Sequence record: SRR31156797_1811
DNA length: 32,278 nucleotides
Strand: one strand, 5' to 3'
Shown: in pieces, positions 17,309 to 27,536 of the stretch
Layout of the letters: each line of letters begins with the position of its first letter
Numbering within the stretch: the first letter of the stretch is position 1
Position numbers and translations under genes: made by a program
The notes under the pieces: model-generated
Database searches by the model: none
Seen by the model: only the letters and a program-made list of their open reading frames with translations
Told to the model about the DNA's origin: nothing

Positions 17309-18082
17309 TTGTTTTCAATAGTAATACCAACTTATAACAGCGCTTTAACCATTTCAAAAGCTTTAGATAGTCTATTATATCAAACATATACAAATTTTGA
17401 AGTTTTAATAATTGACGCAAATTCAACAGACGATACATTAAAATCAATTCAAAAAATTAATGATAAAAGAATAAAAATAATATCAGAACCTGACAATGGT
17501 ATTTATGATGCCATGAATAAAGGAGTTAGACTAGCCAAAGGGGATTGGATATACTTTTTAGGAAGTGATGATCAATTGTATACTCCTGATGTTTTAAAAG
17601 ATGTTAGCCATATTATCAATGAATCAGAAATTGATTTATTATATGGAAATGTGTTGTTAAGTGACAGTAAGGAGATATATAACGGAGAGTATAAATACAT
17701 CAATTTATATAATAGGAATATTTGTCATCAAGCTATTTTTTATAGAAAGGCATTATTTGCAAAAAAAAGTTTTAATACGGACTATAAAGCATTAGCAGAT
17801 TGGGAATTTAATTTAAAACAATTTGGGAATCCCAGGATCAATATAAAGTATACAAATAAAATTATTGCTTTGTTCCATAATGATGGATTTAGTAACAACT
17901 TTCTGGATGAAAGCTTTCTTTTAAAAAAACCATACTTGTATTTATGTTATGGTTATCGTGTACTTTCTTTGGATATTATAAAGAAACATGCTAAAAGGTT
18001 AATAAAATCAGACAGGATAACATGGAAGCAAAAAATGAAAGTTGTTTTTATACTAATTGTTTCTACTTTGTTCAAAAGCTAA
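17309..18082 (+). CDS. GT2 glycosyltransferase (WcaE-like)
   Basis: FSIVIPTYN, IDANSTD, SEPDNGIYDAMNKG, FLGSDD and CHQAIFY. Confidence 0.88.
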   Translation: MFSIVIPTYNSALTISKALDSLLYQTYTNFEVLIIDANSTDDTLKSIQKINDKRIKIISEPDNGIYDAMNKGVRLAKGDWIYFLGSDDQLYTPDVLKDVSHIINESEIDLLYGNVLLSDSKEIYNGEYKYINLYNRNICHQAIFYRKALFAKKSFNTDYKALADWEFNLKQFGNPRINIKYTNKIIALFHNDGFSNNFLDESFLLKKPYLYLCYGYRVLSLDIIKKHAKRLIKSDRITWKQKMKVVFILIVSTLFKS

Positions 18083-18195
18083 ATATTAAGCTTATTACAT
18101 TTCTATAAATATTCAATAGTTGGGAATAAGTGTTAATTAATGAGACCTAAAATAGAACTGATCCATTAAATTCTTGCCATATTATAAATCAATCA

Positions 18196-19002
18196 ATGGA
18201 AAATAAAGTACTTATTATATTAGGTATGCATCGTTCAGGAACCTCTTTAACAGCAAATTGGTTGCAGACTTGTGGTCTTAATATTGGGAGTAGATTACTT
18301 GGTCCAAAATATTCGAATAAAAACGGACACTTTGAAGATAGCGACTTCTATAATATTCAGGAGGCCATATTTGAGAATCACAATATCCCGTACGGAGGAT
18401 TTGAAAATATCGAAAATCTATGTCCGGATGCCAATGAACAGAAATTACTGATTGATTTAATAGAGAAGAAAAACAATACTTATAAACAATGGGGATGGAA
18501 AGATCCAAGAACATGCCTTTTTCTTAAAGAGTATTCTAAGATATTGCCACAAGCTAATTATCTAATTGTACTAAGAGATTATCACCAAATTATTGATTCG
18601 TTATTAAGACGATTTTACAAACCAATTAACGATAAAATAAAAAATCAACGATTTGGAAAGATAAAGTATTTAAAATATAAATACACGCTCAGAAAAGAAG
18701 GAATAAAAAAGATGAGTTTGTATTATGAAAATGCAACGATTGTATATTTAAGCAGGTTATTGGAGCTGTATAACTTTGTGGAAAAGGAAAAGATTACCTG
18801 TTTTAAGATTGATGATTTAATAAAATACGACAGAAAAATATTAGAAAAACTGAAGCTTGATTTTGATTTGAATTATAATCCGGCATCTCAGATTTATAAT
18901 CCCAGTTTCTATACCCATAAAATAAAGTTATATAAACCCAGTAAAGTTAATTCAGAACGTTTAACGAATTTACAAAAACAACTCTTTAAGAAAAGTATTT
19001 AG
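18196..19002 (+). CDS. Sulfotransferase family protein
   Basis: IILGMHRSGTSL, N.NGHFED and WGWKDPRT. Confidence 0.85.
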   Translation: MENKVLIILGMHRSGTSLTANWLQTCGLNIGSRLLGPKYSNKNGHFEDSDFYNIQEAIFENHNIPYGGFENIENLCPDANEQKLLIDLIEKKNNTYKQWGWKDPRTCLFLKEYSKILPQANYLIVLRDYHQIIDSLLRRFYKPINDKIKNQRFGKIKYLKYKYTLRKEGIKKMSLYYENATIVYLSRLLELYNFVEKEKITCFKIDDLIKYDRKILEKLKLDFDLNYNPASQIYNPSFYTHKIKLYKPSKVNSERLTNLQKQLFKKSI

Positions 19003-19005
19003 TTA

Positions 19006-19935
19006 ATGAGAATAATTGCAATAGTGGTCACCTACAATGGTTCCAAATGGATTGATAAATGTTTTGGGAGTTTAGTTTTATCGTCTATTCCTATGGAAAT
19101 ACTTGCAATAGATAATGGATCATCAGATAATACTCCGGAACTTATAAAACAGAAGTTTCCTCAGGTTGAGATTATTGAGACAGGAGAAAATTTAGGATTT
19201 GGAAGAGCCAATAACCTGGGATTGAAAAGAGCATTAGATAAAAAAGCAGATTTTGCTTTTTTGTTAAACCAAGATGCATGGATCAAAAATGAAACAATCG
19301 CAGAATTAATAAAAGTATATGATAAAAATCCAGATTATGGGATTTTAAGTCCGATACATCTTAATGGACAAGGAAATGCTATAGATCCAAAGTTTGCATC
19401 AGCTATTGTAAAACAAAATCCCAAGTTTATTAATGACGCTTATTTTGATACAAAAAAAGATACATATGAGGTAACATTTGTGAATGCTGCTATTTGGTTA
19501 ATACCCCTTAAAACTTTGAAAATAGTTGGGGGATTTGATACTTTCTTTCATATGTATGGAGAAGATACAGATTATTGTAGGCGAGTATTATTTCATAAAT
19601 TAAAAATTGGTGTTTGTACAAATGTTACAGCTCATCATGCAAGAGATAATTCTTATTATAAGAAAAAGAAATTTTTTAAGGATATATCTTTTAATATAAC
19701 TGAAATTAAAAGATTCATCTTTCAAAATATTAAAAATGTTCAGAATTTAGTTAAGTATAATATTATCAATTTGCATTGCGAATTGGGTTCTATCTTTATT
19801 AGTAGTTTTTTTAAAAGAAAATTTACTTCGTTATTAGCTGTTATTATCTCATACTTTTCATTACCGGTATTAATGATTAAAGCTATATCAAGCAGAAAGT
19901 ATTCTTCACAAAGAAGATCCAGTTTTTTAGAATAG
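19006..19935 (+). CDS. GT2 glycosyltransferase (rhamnosyltransferase-like subgroup)
   Basis: IVVTYNG, IDNGSSD, NLGFGRANN, LLNQDA and GGFDTFFHMYGEDTDY. Confidence 0.88.
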   Translation: MRIIAIVVTYNGSKWIDKCFGSLVLSSIPMEILAIDNGSSDNTPELIKQKFPQVEIIETGENLGFGRANNLGLKRALDKKADFAFLLNQDAWIKNETIAELIKVYDKNPDYGILSPIHLNGQGNAIDPKFASAIVKQNPKFINDAYFDTKKDTYEVTFVNAAIWLIPLKTLKIVGGFDTFFHMYGEDTDYCRRVLFHKLKIGVCTNVTAHHARDNSYYKKKKFFKDISFNITEIKRFIFQNIKNVQNLVKYNIINLHCELGSIFISSFFKRKFTSLLAVIISYFSLPVLMIKAISSRKYSSQRRSSFLE

Positions 19936-20034
19936 TTATCACGAATTTTTGATAAGACAGCAAATAAGAAACTATAATAGCATGTCTCAATTTTTTAATA
20001 ACTTACATAAGTTCAGCAAAACACTCTTTTGTAA

Positions 20035-20820
20035 ATGAAAATAGGAATTCTATATATATGTACAGGTAATTATCACGAGTTTTTTGAAGAATTTTATCAG
20101 TCTGCCAAAAAATATTTTATACCTGAAGAAGAAAAACATTTTTTTGTTTTTGCTTCTCAAAACTATGAAAAGTTTAATAAGTCAGATATTACTTTTATTC
20201 CTCAGCATCAATGGCAATGGCCGGATGTTGTATTGCAAAAGTTTCATTATTTTCTACAGGTACAAAACTTGTTTACAGATGTTGATTATTTAATCTGTTT
20301 TAATGCTAACCTTGTTTTTCAAAATCAAATATCGGGAAAAGAATTTTTGCCAGACGCACATGATAACTATTTAGTTGGAGTAAATCATCCTTCTCATTTT
20401 AATAAGTCAGATAATACTCAGTTTATTTATGACCGACAGGTTGGATCTACAGCCTATATCGAATCAGGGAAAGGTAAGTTCTACTATCAATCAGCCATAT
20501 TTGGAGGGCGAAAACAAGAGTTCTTGGAATTATGCAGGGTTTTACGAGATAATGTTGAAATTGATTATGCTAATAACATAGTAGCGTTATGGCACGATGA
20601 GTCCCATGTAAATAAATATTTTCTTGATAATCCTCCAAAAACCCTTTCGCCTGGTTTTCTATATCCAGAAAACAGGAATTTACCTGTTGAAAAGCGAATA
20701 ATACAAATGGATAAAAACCAAAAAGGTTTTTCGTACTTCAGAAAGTATAATAACAAAAATAACAAAAACAAAAAGTCCGTATTCTATAGAGTACTGAGTA
20801 AAATAAAAAACAGTTTATAA
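20035..20820 (+). CDS. GT6 (ABO-like alpha-1,3-Gal/GalNAc transferase), NXN type
   Basis: KIGILYICTGNY, WP..L.KF, FNAN in place of DXD, FYYQSAIFGG and ALWHDESHVNKY. Confidence 0.92.
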   Translation: MKIGILYICTGNYHEFFEEFYQSAKKYFIPEEEKHFFVFASQNYEKFNKSDITFIPQHQWQWPDVVLQKFHYFLQVQNLFTDVDYLICFNANLVFQNQISGKEFLPDAHDNYLVGVNHPSHFNKSDNTQFIYDRQVGSTAYIESGKGKFYYQSAIFGGRKQEFLELCRVLRDNVEIDYANNIVALWHDESHVNKYFLDNPPKTLSPGFLYPENRNLPVEKRIIQMDKNQKGFSYFRKYNNKNNKNKKSVFYRVLSKIKNSL

Positions 20821-20823
20821 AAG

Positions 20824-21642
20824 ATGACCCGATATATAATTGTAGGACATGCCAGATCAGGAACATCCGTTACTCACCACTTATTAATGGATCATTCTGA
20901 GGTTAGTGCTGTATATGATGAGGTGGATTGTAACCCCTTCTTTACTAAGGGAATTGGAGCATTTACACATGGCTTAGATAAAGAATCAGAAAAGCAAAAG
21001 TCCTTCTTGAGTTTATTTGATGCCATAACCCAATTAAATGTAACTCCTGTAACAAAAGCATGCGGTTTAAAAACTGCGATTAATAATCCCAATGCAGCTC
21101 TTGCTATGGTACATACCTTGCAAGAAAATATGAAAGACATTAAGATTATTATCGTTGTTCGTAATAGTCTTGTAGATTTAATGGGGTCCATAGAAAGAGC
21201 TAAAAAGACAGGAAATTGGCATTCATGGCAAAAAAATATAAAAAAGGAAAATATTCGATTTAGTATTCCCAAAGATGAATTTATTGAGTTTGCTATCAAT
21301 AGTTCTCATGTCTATGAAATTCTATCTGGTTTGCAAAAAAGTCATGAAGTAATTTTCTTTGATTATGAAAAAGATATTTCACCTAATAATCCAGATAATT
21401 ACAATAAACTATACGACTTTTTAAACCTTTCAAGTCATCAAACACAAATTCCGTTAAAAAAAGTTGCTCCGACTGCAGAGGAATATTTAATAAATTATAA
21501 AGAGTTGAAAGATTTAGAAGCAAAAATTAAAAATAAAGAAATCGATATAGAAGAATGGCAAGCTTCTAAACGTAAACACAATGTCAGTAATGTTTTCAAG
21601 TTTATTTCTAAATCGATGAGCAGAATTAGACATAAAAAGTAA
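20824..21642 (+). CDS. Sulfotransferase (Stf0/LpsS-like)
   Basis: YIIVGHARSGTS, CGLK, VVRNSLVD..S..RA..TG.WH and FDYE. Its C-terminal YLINYKELK resembles IITNYQELK in 14218-14967. Confidence 0.75.
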   Translation: MTRYIIVGHARSGTSVTHHLLMDHSEVSAVYDEVDCNPFFTKGIGAFTHGLDKESEKQKSFLSLFDAITQLNVTPVTKACGLKTAINNPNAALAMVHTLQENMKDIKIIIVVRNSLVDLMGSIERAKKTGNWHSWQKNIKKENIRFSIPKDEFIEFAINSSHVYEILSGLQKSHEVIFFDYEKDISPNNPDNYNKLYDFLNLSSHQTQIPLKKVAPTAEEYLINYKELKDLEAKIKNKEIDIEEWQASKRKHNVSNVFKFISKSMSRIRHKK

Positions 21643-21683
21643 GTTCTAATTCTTCTAGTTTAAATAAATTTCTAGTATTTATA

Positions 21684-22514
21684 ATGTCCTCAAGTACCAT
21701 AATTGTTATTCCTATTTTCAGACCTAAACCATTAAAATATGAAGTTATAGCAATAAAGCAGGCTGTCAGAATTTGGGGTAAAGTCAGACCAATTACTTTA
21801 ATTCATCCAACTGCTTTAAATGTAGATATTTATAAGGTTTATTTTAAAGGGTGTACGGAATTAGAATTAATTTCCTTACCAGATCGATATTTTGAATCTG
21901 TTAGAGCTTACAATGAGTTATGTTTTCAGCCATGGTTTTATGAGCTTTTTAAATCCTACCAATATTTATTGATTTATCAAACAGATTGTTTTGTATTTAA
22001 AGATGATATAAGTAAGTGGGAGAATCGAGAATTTGACTATGTCGGATCGCCTTTTATTACGAATAAAAAGGAATTATGGCTATGTGGAAATGGAGGCTTC
22101 TCATTTAGAAAAATAGATTCTATTATAAGCATTTGTAAAAAGTTTAAAAGAAGTCCTCGAAAAACCATTAAAAGCTTTAATGAGCTAAAGTCTCTTGGAT
22201 TAGTCAGAGCATTGCTATATAGTTTTGGATATTGCAACAACGTAAAATATAGTATGCAAAAAAACAACTATTGGTCGGAAGATTATTTTTGGTCTATTTA
22301 TGCAAAGTATTATAAATCTGATTATTCAAAGCCAACAGCTAAAGGTGCGCTGGAGTTTGGTTTCGAGATGCAACCAAGTACGGCTTATAAACTAAATCAT
22401 AATCAATTACCAATGGGGTGTCATGCTTGGCATAATAATGAGTTTGATTTTTGGAAACCTATAATAGAATCTTTTGGGTATAATTTAGATAATTATCGAG
22501 ACCCGATACTTTAG
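21684..22514 (+). CDS. DUF5672-like putative GT-A glycosyltransferase
   Basis: YLLIYQTDCFVF, FDYVGSP, GNGGFSFR, EDYFW, F.FE..P and PMGCHAW. Confidence 0.75.
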   Translation: MSSSTIIVIPIFRPKPLKYEVIAIKQAVRIWGKVRPITLIHPTALNVDIYKVYFKGCTELELISLPDRYFESVRAYNELCFQPWFYELFKSYQYLLIYQTDCFVFKDDISKWENREFDYVGSPFITNKKELWLCGNGGFSFRKIDSIISICKKFKRSPRKTIKSFNELKSLGLVRALLYSFGYCNNVKYSMQKNNYWSEDYFWSIYAKYYKSDYSKPTAKGALEFGFEMQPSTAYKLNHNQLPMGCHAWHNNEFDFWKPIIESFGYNLDNYRDPIL

Positions 22515-22532
22515 ATAATTCAGTTAAAAATA

Positions 22533-23408
22533 ATGATCATTATAAAAATACTTGGGGGATTAGGAAATCAAATGTTCCAATATGCAACAGCATATTCAAT
22601 GTCTCAAAAATTTAAAGTGCCCGTTAAGATGGATTTAAGAGGGCTGTATAATGGAGAAGAAAGATCTAGAAATACTTATGAGCTTGATGTTTTTGGAATA
22701 AAAGAAGTACAAGCTAAGAAAGAGGAAATATTCCCTTTTATCAGAAGATCTTATCTTGGGTCTGAAAAATTATATAATTGGTATAAAAAGTGGAAAAAAA
22801 TAGTTCATTATAAAGAACTATACTATCATTATAACAATGAACTGGACGAACAAGCATCTCCAAATATCTTATTAAGAGGCTTATTTCAAAGTGAGAAGTA
22901 TTTTATAAATAGCAGACAGGAGTTGTTAAATCTTTTTAACTTTCCTCCTTTATCTGGTAAAAACAAGGTATTGCAGGAAGAATTAGAATCAAATAATGCT
23001 GTATCTATTCATATTAGAAGAGGTGACTATGTAAATGATAAGGAGTACAGTAAAAATATTGGGACCTGTGATATTTCATATTATTATAAAGCAATAGATT
23101 TGATTCAGTCAAAAACTGAAAATCCTATTTTCTATATATTTTCTGATGATATTTCGTGGGTGAAAGAAAATTTGAAGATTAATAATGAATGCGTTTATGT
23201 TAGTTGGAATAAGGGTAAAGAAAGTTATTGCGACATGCAGCTGATGAGTCTTTGTAAATATAATATAATTGCTAACAGTACCTTTAGCTGGTGGGGAGCC
23301 TGGTTGAATACTTATCCGGAAAAAATAGTGATAGCACCCAATAAATGGTTTGCAGGTTGGCAATATGATACTAAAGATTTAATACCTGAAAACTGGATTC
23401 AACTATGA
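22533..23408 (+). CDS. GT11 alpha-1,2-fucosyltransferase-family protein
   Basis: GGLGNQMFQYA, FQSEKYF, SIHIRRGDY, FSDD and IANSTFSWWGAWL. Confidence 0.93.
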   Translation: MIIIKILGGLGNQMFQYATAYSMSQKFKVPVKMDLRGLYNGEERSRNTYELDVFGIKEVQAKKEEIFPFIRRSYLGSEKLYNWYKKWKKIVHYKELYYHYNNELDEQASPNILLRGLFQSEKYFINSRQELLNLFNFPPLSGKNKVLQEELESNNAVSIHIRRGDYVNDKEYSKNIGTCDISYYYKAIDLIQSKTENPIFYIFSDDISWVKENLKINNECVYVSWNKGKESYCDMQLMSLCKYNIIANSTFSWWGAWLNTYPEKIVIAPNKWFAGWQYDTKDLIPENWIQL

Positions 23409-24619
23409 ATGTATTATTTGTAATACCAAATCTTGAAATAGGAGGGGCACAATCTTTTCTATTGCGTTTGGTATCCGCCATGCACCCAAAACATAATGTT
23501 ATACTACTAAACGTACATCCCCATCAAGTTAATGAAAAATTTAGTGGACAGCTACTGTCTCCAGATGTTAAGGTAATTCATTCATGTGCTGAATGGCTAG
23601 ACTTAAAAATCAATAAATATTTACCAAAGCCATTTGCCGGCATTGTAAAAAGAATATTATTTAAAATTATCAGACCAAACAAAATAAATCAACACCAATT
23701 AAAAAGAATACTGAAAAAGAATAAAATAGAAGTAATTAATAGCCACATGTATTTAGCTGATTTATATGTCTATAATCATTTAAATAATCAGCAAAATAAG
23801 GTAAAATGGATACCCTCTTTTCATGGATGTTATAATTTATTGTTGGATAAATATGCAGATTCTCCTCTCTTAAAAAAGATTTCAAAAGATTTAAAGAACA
23901 TACTGGAAAAGACTAATGGTGTTATTACGGCTGCAGAAAAACACTATCAAGTACAAACAAGTTTACAACTTCAGGATATTCCGTTTAAAAAGGTTTATTA
24001 CGGTTTTACTCCTCATTCTTTTAATAAAATTGATTTAAGAGAGAAATATAGTATACCTAAAGACAACATCATATTTGGAATGGTTGCCAGAGGTGATAAA
24101 ACTAAAGGCTGGCAGGAAGCCATTAATGCTTATCTAAGTTTATCTGCAGAAGATAAAGAAAGGTCTTATCTGGTATTAACCGGAGATGGCGACTATCTAT
24201 TAGAACTAGAAAATGACTATCAACATGAATCTCATATTATTTTTACAGGTCCTTCGGATAAACCTCTTAGAGAAATAAATAATTTTGATGTAGGTTTACT
24301 GCCTACTTATTATCCGGCAGAAAGTTTACCAAACACTGTAATTGAATATTTATATTGTGGAAAACCTGTTATTGCTTCAGATTGGGCAGAAATTCCATTT
24401 ATGATTGATTCACAGATTGAAAAAGCAGGTATCATCATTGGTATCACAAATAATAAAGCCGACTTTTTAGAATTAAGTAATGCAATGTCTTTTTATATTG
24501 AAAATAAGTATAAAAAGATAGAAGAACACGGGAAATTGGCACTACAGGCTTTCGAAAAGTTTAAAATGGATAAATGTATAAATGGATACATAAGTTTTTT
24601 TAATAATCCACAATGTTAA
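23405..24619 (+). CDS. GT4 glycosyltransferase
   Basis: LEIGGAQ, MVARGDKTKG and LPTYYPAESLPNTVIEY..GKPVIASD. Confidence 0.88.
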   Translation: MNVLFVIPNLEIGGAQSFLLRLVSAMHPKHNVILLNVHPHQVNEKFSGQLLSPDVKVIHSCAEWLDLKINKYLPKPFAGIVKRILFKIIRPNKINQHQLKRILKKNKIEVINSHMYLADLYVYNHLNNQQNKVKWIPSFHGCYNLLLDKYADSPLLKKISKDLKNILEKTNGVITAAEKHYQVQTSLQLQDIPFKKVYYGFTPHSFNKIDLREKYSIPKDNIIFGMVARGDKTKGWQEAINAYLSLSAEDKERSYLVLTGDGDYLLELENDYQHESHIIFTGPSDKPLREINNFDVGLLPTYYPAESLPNTVIEYLYCGKPVIASDWAEIPFMIDSQIEKAGIIIGITNNKADFLELSNAMSFYIENKYKKIEEHGKLALQAFEKFKMDKCINGYISFFNNPQC

Positions 24620-25635
24620 ACAATCCTTCAGTTACCATATTAATGCCTGTATATAATGGAGAATTATATATAAAAGAAGCTATTGACTCTGTATTGCGTC
24701 AGACTTATGAAAATTTTGAATTATTGATTATTAATGATGGATCAACAGATGGTACACAAAAGATTATTGATTCATATGAAGATAGTAGAATAAAGTGTAT
24801 TCAACAGGAAAATATAGGGGTGTCCCGATCTCTAAATAAGGGTATAGCTTTAATAGAAACACCTTTTATTAGAAGGCACGATGCTGATGATATATCATTG
24901 CCAGATATGTTAGAAATACAAATGAAGTTTTTATCGGAACATCCCGATATTAGTATTGTAAGTAGTCAATGTGCTTTTATGACCAATAGAAGCAAAATAG
25001 CGTTGAAATATAGGCAACCCAAGAATCATTATTTTAAAAATAAAGAATATACGATTGTAGAAAGAGAACACTTTAATCCATTTTCACCTATTGTGCACGG
25101 AACCGTCCTTGGCTCCACTAATATATTTAAAGAATTTAATGGGTATAGAACTGAGTTTTTAACATCTGAAGACAATGATTTATGGCTTAGAATTATTGAA
25201 AAATACAAGATTGCTGTATTAAATCAATGCTCGTACTTTTTGCGCTTAAGTGCAGGTTCAGCTACTCAAATGCATAAATCCAGTGTGCCATATTATCGGC
25301 AATTAGCCAATGATTATGCTAAAGAAAGAGCATTAAAAGGTACTGATCCAATTTTACGTGGAGAAAAAGTTCCTCCACCTCCAGAAATGAAAAAAGATGC
25401 TGAAATAGCAATTGCCAGAAACGGTCTTCAATATAGAAATGATCTATTGGATTACCATTATAAAGTAATGCTTAACGCCAAAGATTTAGTGAATATCATG
25501 CGCGCAATAAAATTATCGATAAGAGATGGTTGGCGTGTTGGACAAACGTGGAAGTCAATATTATATCCGATATTGGGTGATAAAATAGTAGAGAAAGGTG
25601 TGTTAATAAAGAAAGTAATACGTGGCAGAAATTAG
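24613..25635 (+). CDS. GT2 glycosyltransferase
   Basis: VTILMPVYNGE, INDGSTD, RHDADD and SEDNDLWLR. Confidence 0.9.
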   Translation: MLNNPSVTILMPVYNGELYIKEAIDSVLRQTYENFELLIINDGSTDGTQKIIDSYEDSRIKCIQQENIGVSRSLNKGIALIETPFIRRHDADDISLPDMLEIQMKFLSEHPDISIVSSQCAFMTNRSKIALKYRQPKNHYFKNKEYTIVEREHFNPFSPIVHGTVLGSTNIFKEFNGYRTEFLTSEDNDLWLRIIEKYKIAVLNQCSYFLRLSAGSATQMHKSSVPYYRQLANDYAKERALKGTDPILRGEKVPPPPEMKKDAEIAIARNGLQYRNDLLDYHYKVMLNAKDLVNIMRAIKLSIRDGWRVGQTWKSILYPILGDKIVEKGVLIKKVIRGRN

Positions 25636-26599
25636 TATTATCATACCTAATTATAATCGAGCCAATTTTCTTTCGGAGACTATACAATCGGTTCTTGACC
25701 AAAGCTATCTGGATTGGGAATGTCTGGTTGTTGATGATGGTAGTAATGACAATTCTTATAAGGTAACTGATAGTTATATAAAAAAGGATTCCCGAATAAA
25801 ATGGATAGAAAGAAACAGGCTTCCGAAAGGAGCTCCTACATGCAGAAATATAGGAGCAGAACTGTCCGCTGGAAAGTATATCATATTTTTAGATTCGGAT
25901 GATCTGTTAGCTCCTCATTGTTTAGATCAAAGAATAAATATAATGGAGAATCATCCGGAACTGGATTTGGCCGTATTCCCCATGCAGATATTTAATCAAG
26001 GTATTGAAGATGCTACAAAGATTTGGAATATTGAAACGGGGGAAGATTATTTAAAAAGATTTTTGAGTTTAGATTCTGTATGGCAAACCAGTGGTCCAAT
26101 TTGGAGAAGACATGCTTTTGAAAAAACTGAGGGTTTCAATGAAAAGTTAAGCTGTTGGCAAGATATTGATATTCATTTGAGAGCCTTTTTAAGCCATCTG
26201 AATATCAGAACATTTTATGATTTATCTATAGATTGTTATTATAGATCTCATCAAAATAATTCAATAAGTCAGGGCAGTATAAATTCAGTAAATAAATTAC
26301 AAAGCAGAAAAGACTTATATTTCTGGAGTCTAAACCAGATAAATGATAAAAAATTGGCAAAACCTATGGCACTCAATATTATTGTTAGTGCTATAAAGAG
26401 TCTAAAAATTAAATTCGCTCTTCGATTTTTAAGTAGAGCAAAACAACGCTTTAGTTTTCAGGAAGTTTATGTAATAGTGATTTATTTTCTTGTTTTTATA
26501 TCCCGCTTATATAAAGTAAGCTTCTTCCAGTCGTACCTCCATAAGCAATTAATAAAATTACAGTCAACCATTCATGTCGGAAAACACATCCAAGCATAA
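25622..26599 (+). CDS. GT2 glycosyltransferase
   Basis: ISIIIPNYNRA, VDDGSND, GAPTCRN and FLDSDD. GTG start. Confidence 0.9.
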   Translation: MAEISIIIPNYNRANFLSETIQSVLDQSYLDWECLVVDDGSNDNSYKVTDSYIKKDSRIKWIERNRLPKGAPTCRNIGAELSAGKYIIFLDSDDLLAPHCLDQRINIMENHPELDLAVFPMQIFNQGIEDATKIWNIETGEDYLKRFLSLDSVWQTSGPIWRRHAFEKTEGFNEKLSCWQDIDIHLRAFLSHLNIRTFYDLSIDCYYRSHQNNSISQGSINSVNKLQSRKDLYFWSLNQINDKKLAKPMALNIIVSAIKSLKIKFALRFLSRAKQRFSFQEVYVIVIYFLVFISRLYKVSFFQSYLHKQLIKLQSTIHVGKHIQA

Positions 26600-27527
26600 G
26601 CCATATATTTCAATTATTATACCCGTAAAAAATGGTATATCCACCATTGAATCATGCTTAAAGGGTATAGAAAAGCAATCATTATATAAGCAATGTGAAG
26701 TTTTAATAATAGATAGTGGTAGCACAGATGGCACATTAGAAGTTCTACAAAATTATAAGGTAAAACTGTTTAAAATACCACCTCAGGAGTTTAATCATGG
26801 AGCTACACGAAATTATGGTATATCATTGGCAGAGGGAGAATTAGTTGTTATGACAGTGCAAGATGCTACTCCATCTAATACTTTGTGGCTTGAAAATATG
26901 GCACGTCATTTTATTGATCCGGAAGTCGCAGGAGTATGTGGGCAACAGGTTGTACCTCATCATCCGGATAAAAACCCTCATCGATGGTTTCGACCGCAAT
27001 CGGAAGGAGGATATAGAAAAGTTCAATACTCTAATCAGGAGGATTTTTTTAATTTATCTCCCGAGAATAAGAAACAAGCTTGTAGCTGGGATGATGTAAC
27101 AGCCATGTATCGAAAGACTGCTCTTTTAGAAATTCCGTTTCAGCCGGTAATGTTTGGAGAAGATATGATTTGGGCCAGAGATGCTTTGTTAAAAGGGTTT
27201 TCGTTAATATACGATTCGACAGCTCGAGTGGAACACTACCATCATCACTATCCTGATTATACATACCGTAGGGTATTAATTGTATGGTTATTTATTTATA
27301 AAACATTTGGATATCAACGCGCTAATCCAATTGTATTTAAGGATTATATATTAATCATATATAGAAATATAAAATGGAGACTACCTTTTAAATGGATATG
27401 GCATAATTGGAGCTTAAATTATTATATTTCCAAAGCAGTAAAAGATTTTAATTTGTCAATTGAAAAGAATCAACTTAATAAAATAGAGCAAAAGTTGGCT
27501 CTACATATTCCTCAAGGAAAAATATAG
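26574..27527 (+). CDS. GT2 glycosyltransferase (rhamnosyltransferase-like)
   Basis: ISIIIPVKNG, IDSGSTD, FNHGATRN, TVQDA and FGEDMIWA. Confidence 0.88.
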   Translation: MSENTSKHKPYISIIIPVKNGISTIESCLKGIEKQSLYKQCEVLIIDSGSTDGTLEVLQNYKVKLFKIPPQEFNHGATRNYGISLAEGELVVMTVQDATPSNTLWLENMARHFIDPEVAGVCGQQVVPHHPDKNPHRWFRPQSEGGYRKVQYSNQEDFFNLSPENKKQACSWDDVTAMYRKTALLEIPFQPVMFGEDMIWARDALLKGFSLIYDSTARVEHYHHHYPDYTYRRVLIVWLFIYKTFGYQRANPIVFKDYILIIYRNIKWRLPFKWIWHNWSLNYYISKAVKDFNLSIEKNQLNKIEQKLALHIPQGKI

Positions 27528-27536
27528 ATAGAATAT

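Noticed and set aside
20749-20766. AATAACAAA x2 near the GT6 3' end
   Set aside because: In-frame 9-mer in a low-complexity Asn/Lys linker, too short to interpret.
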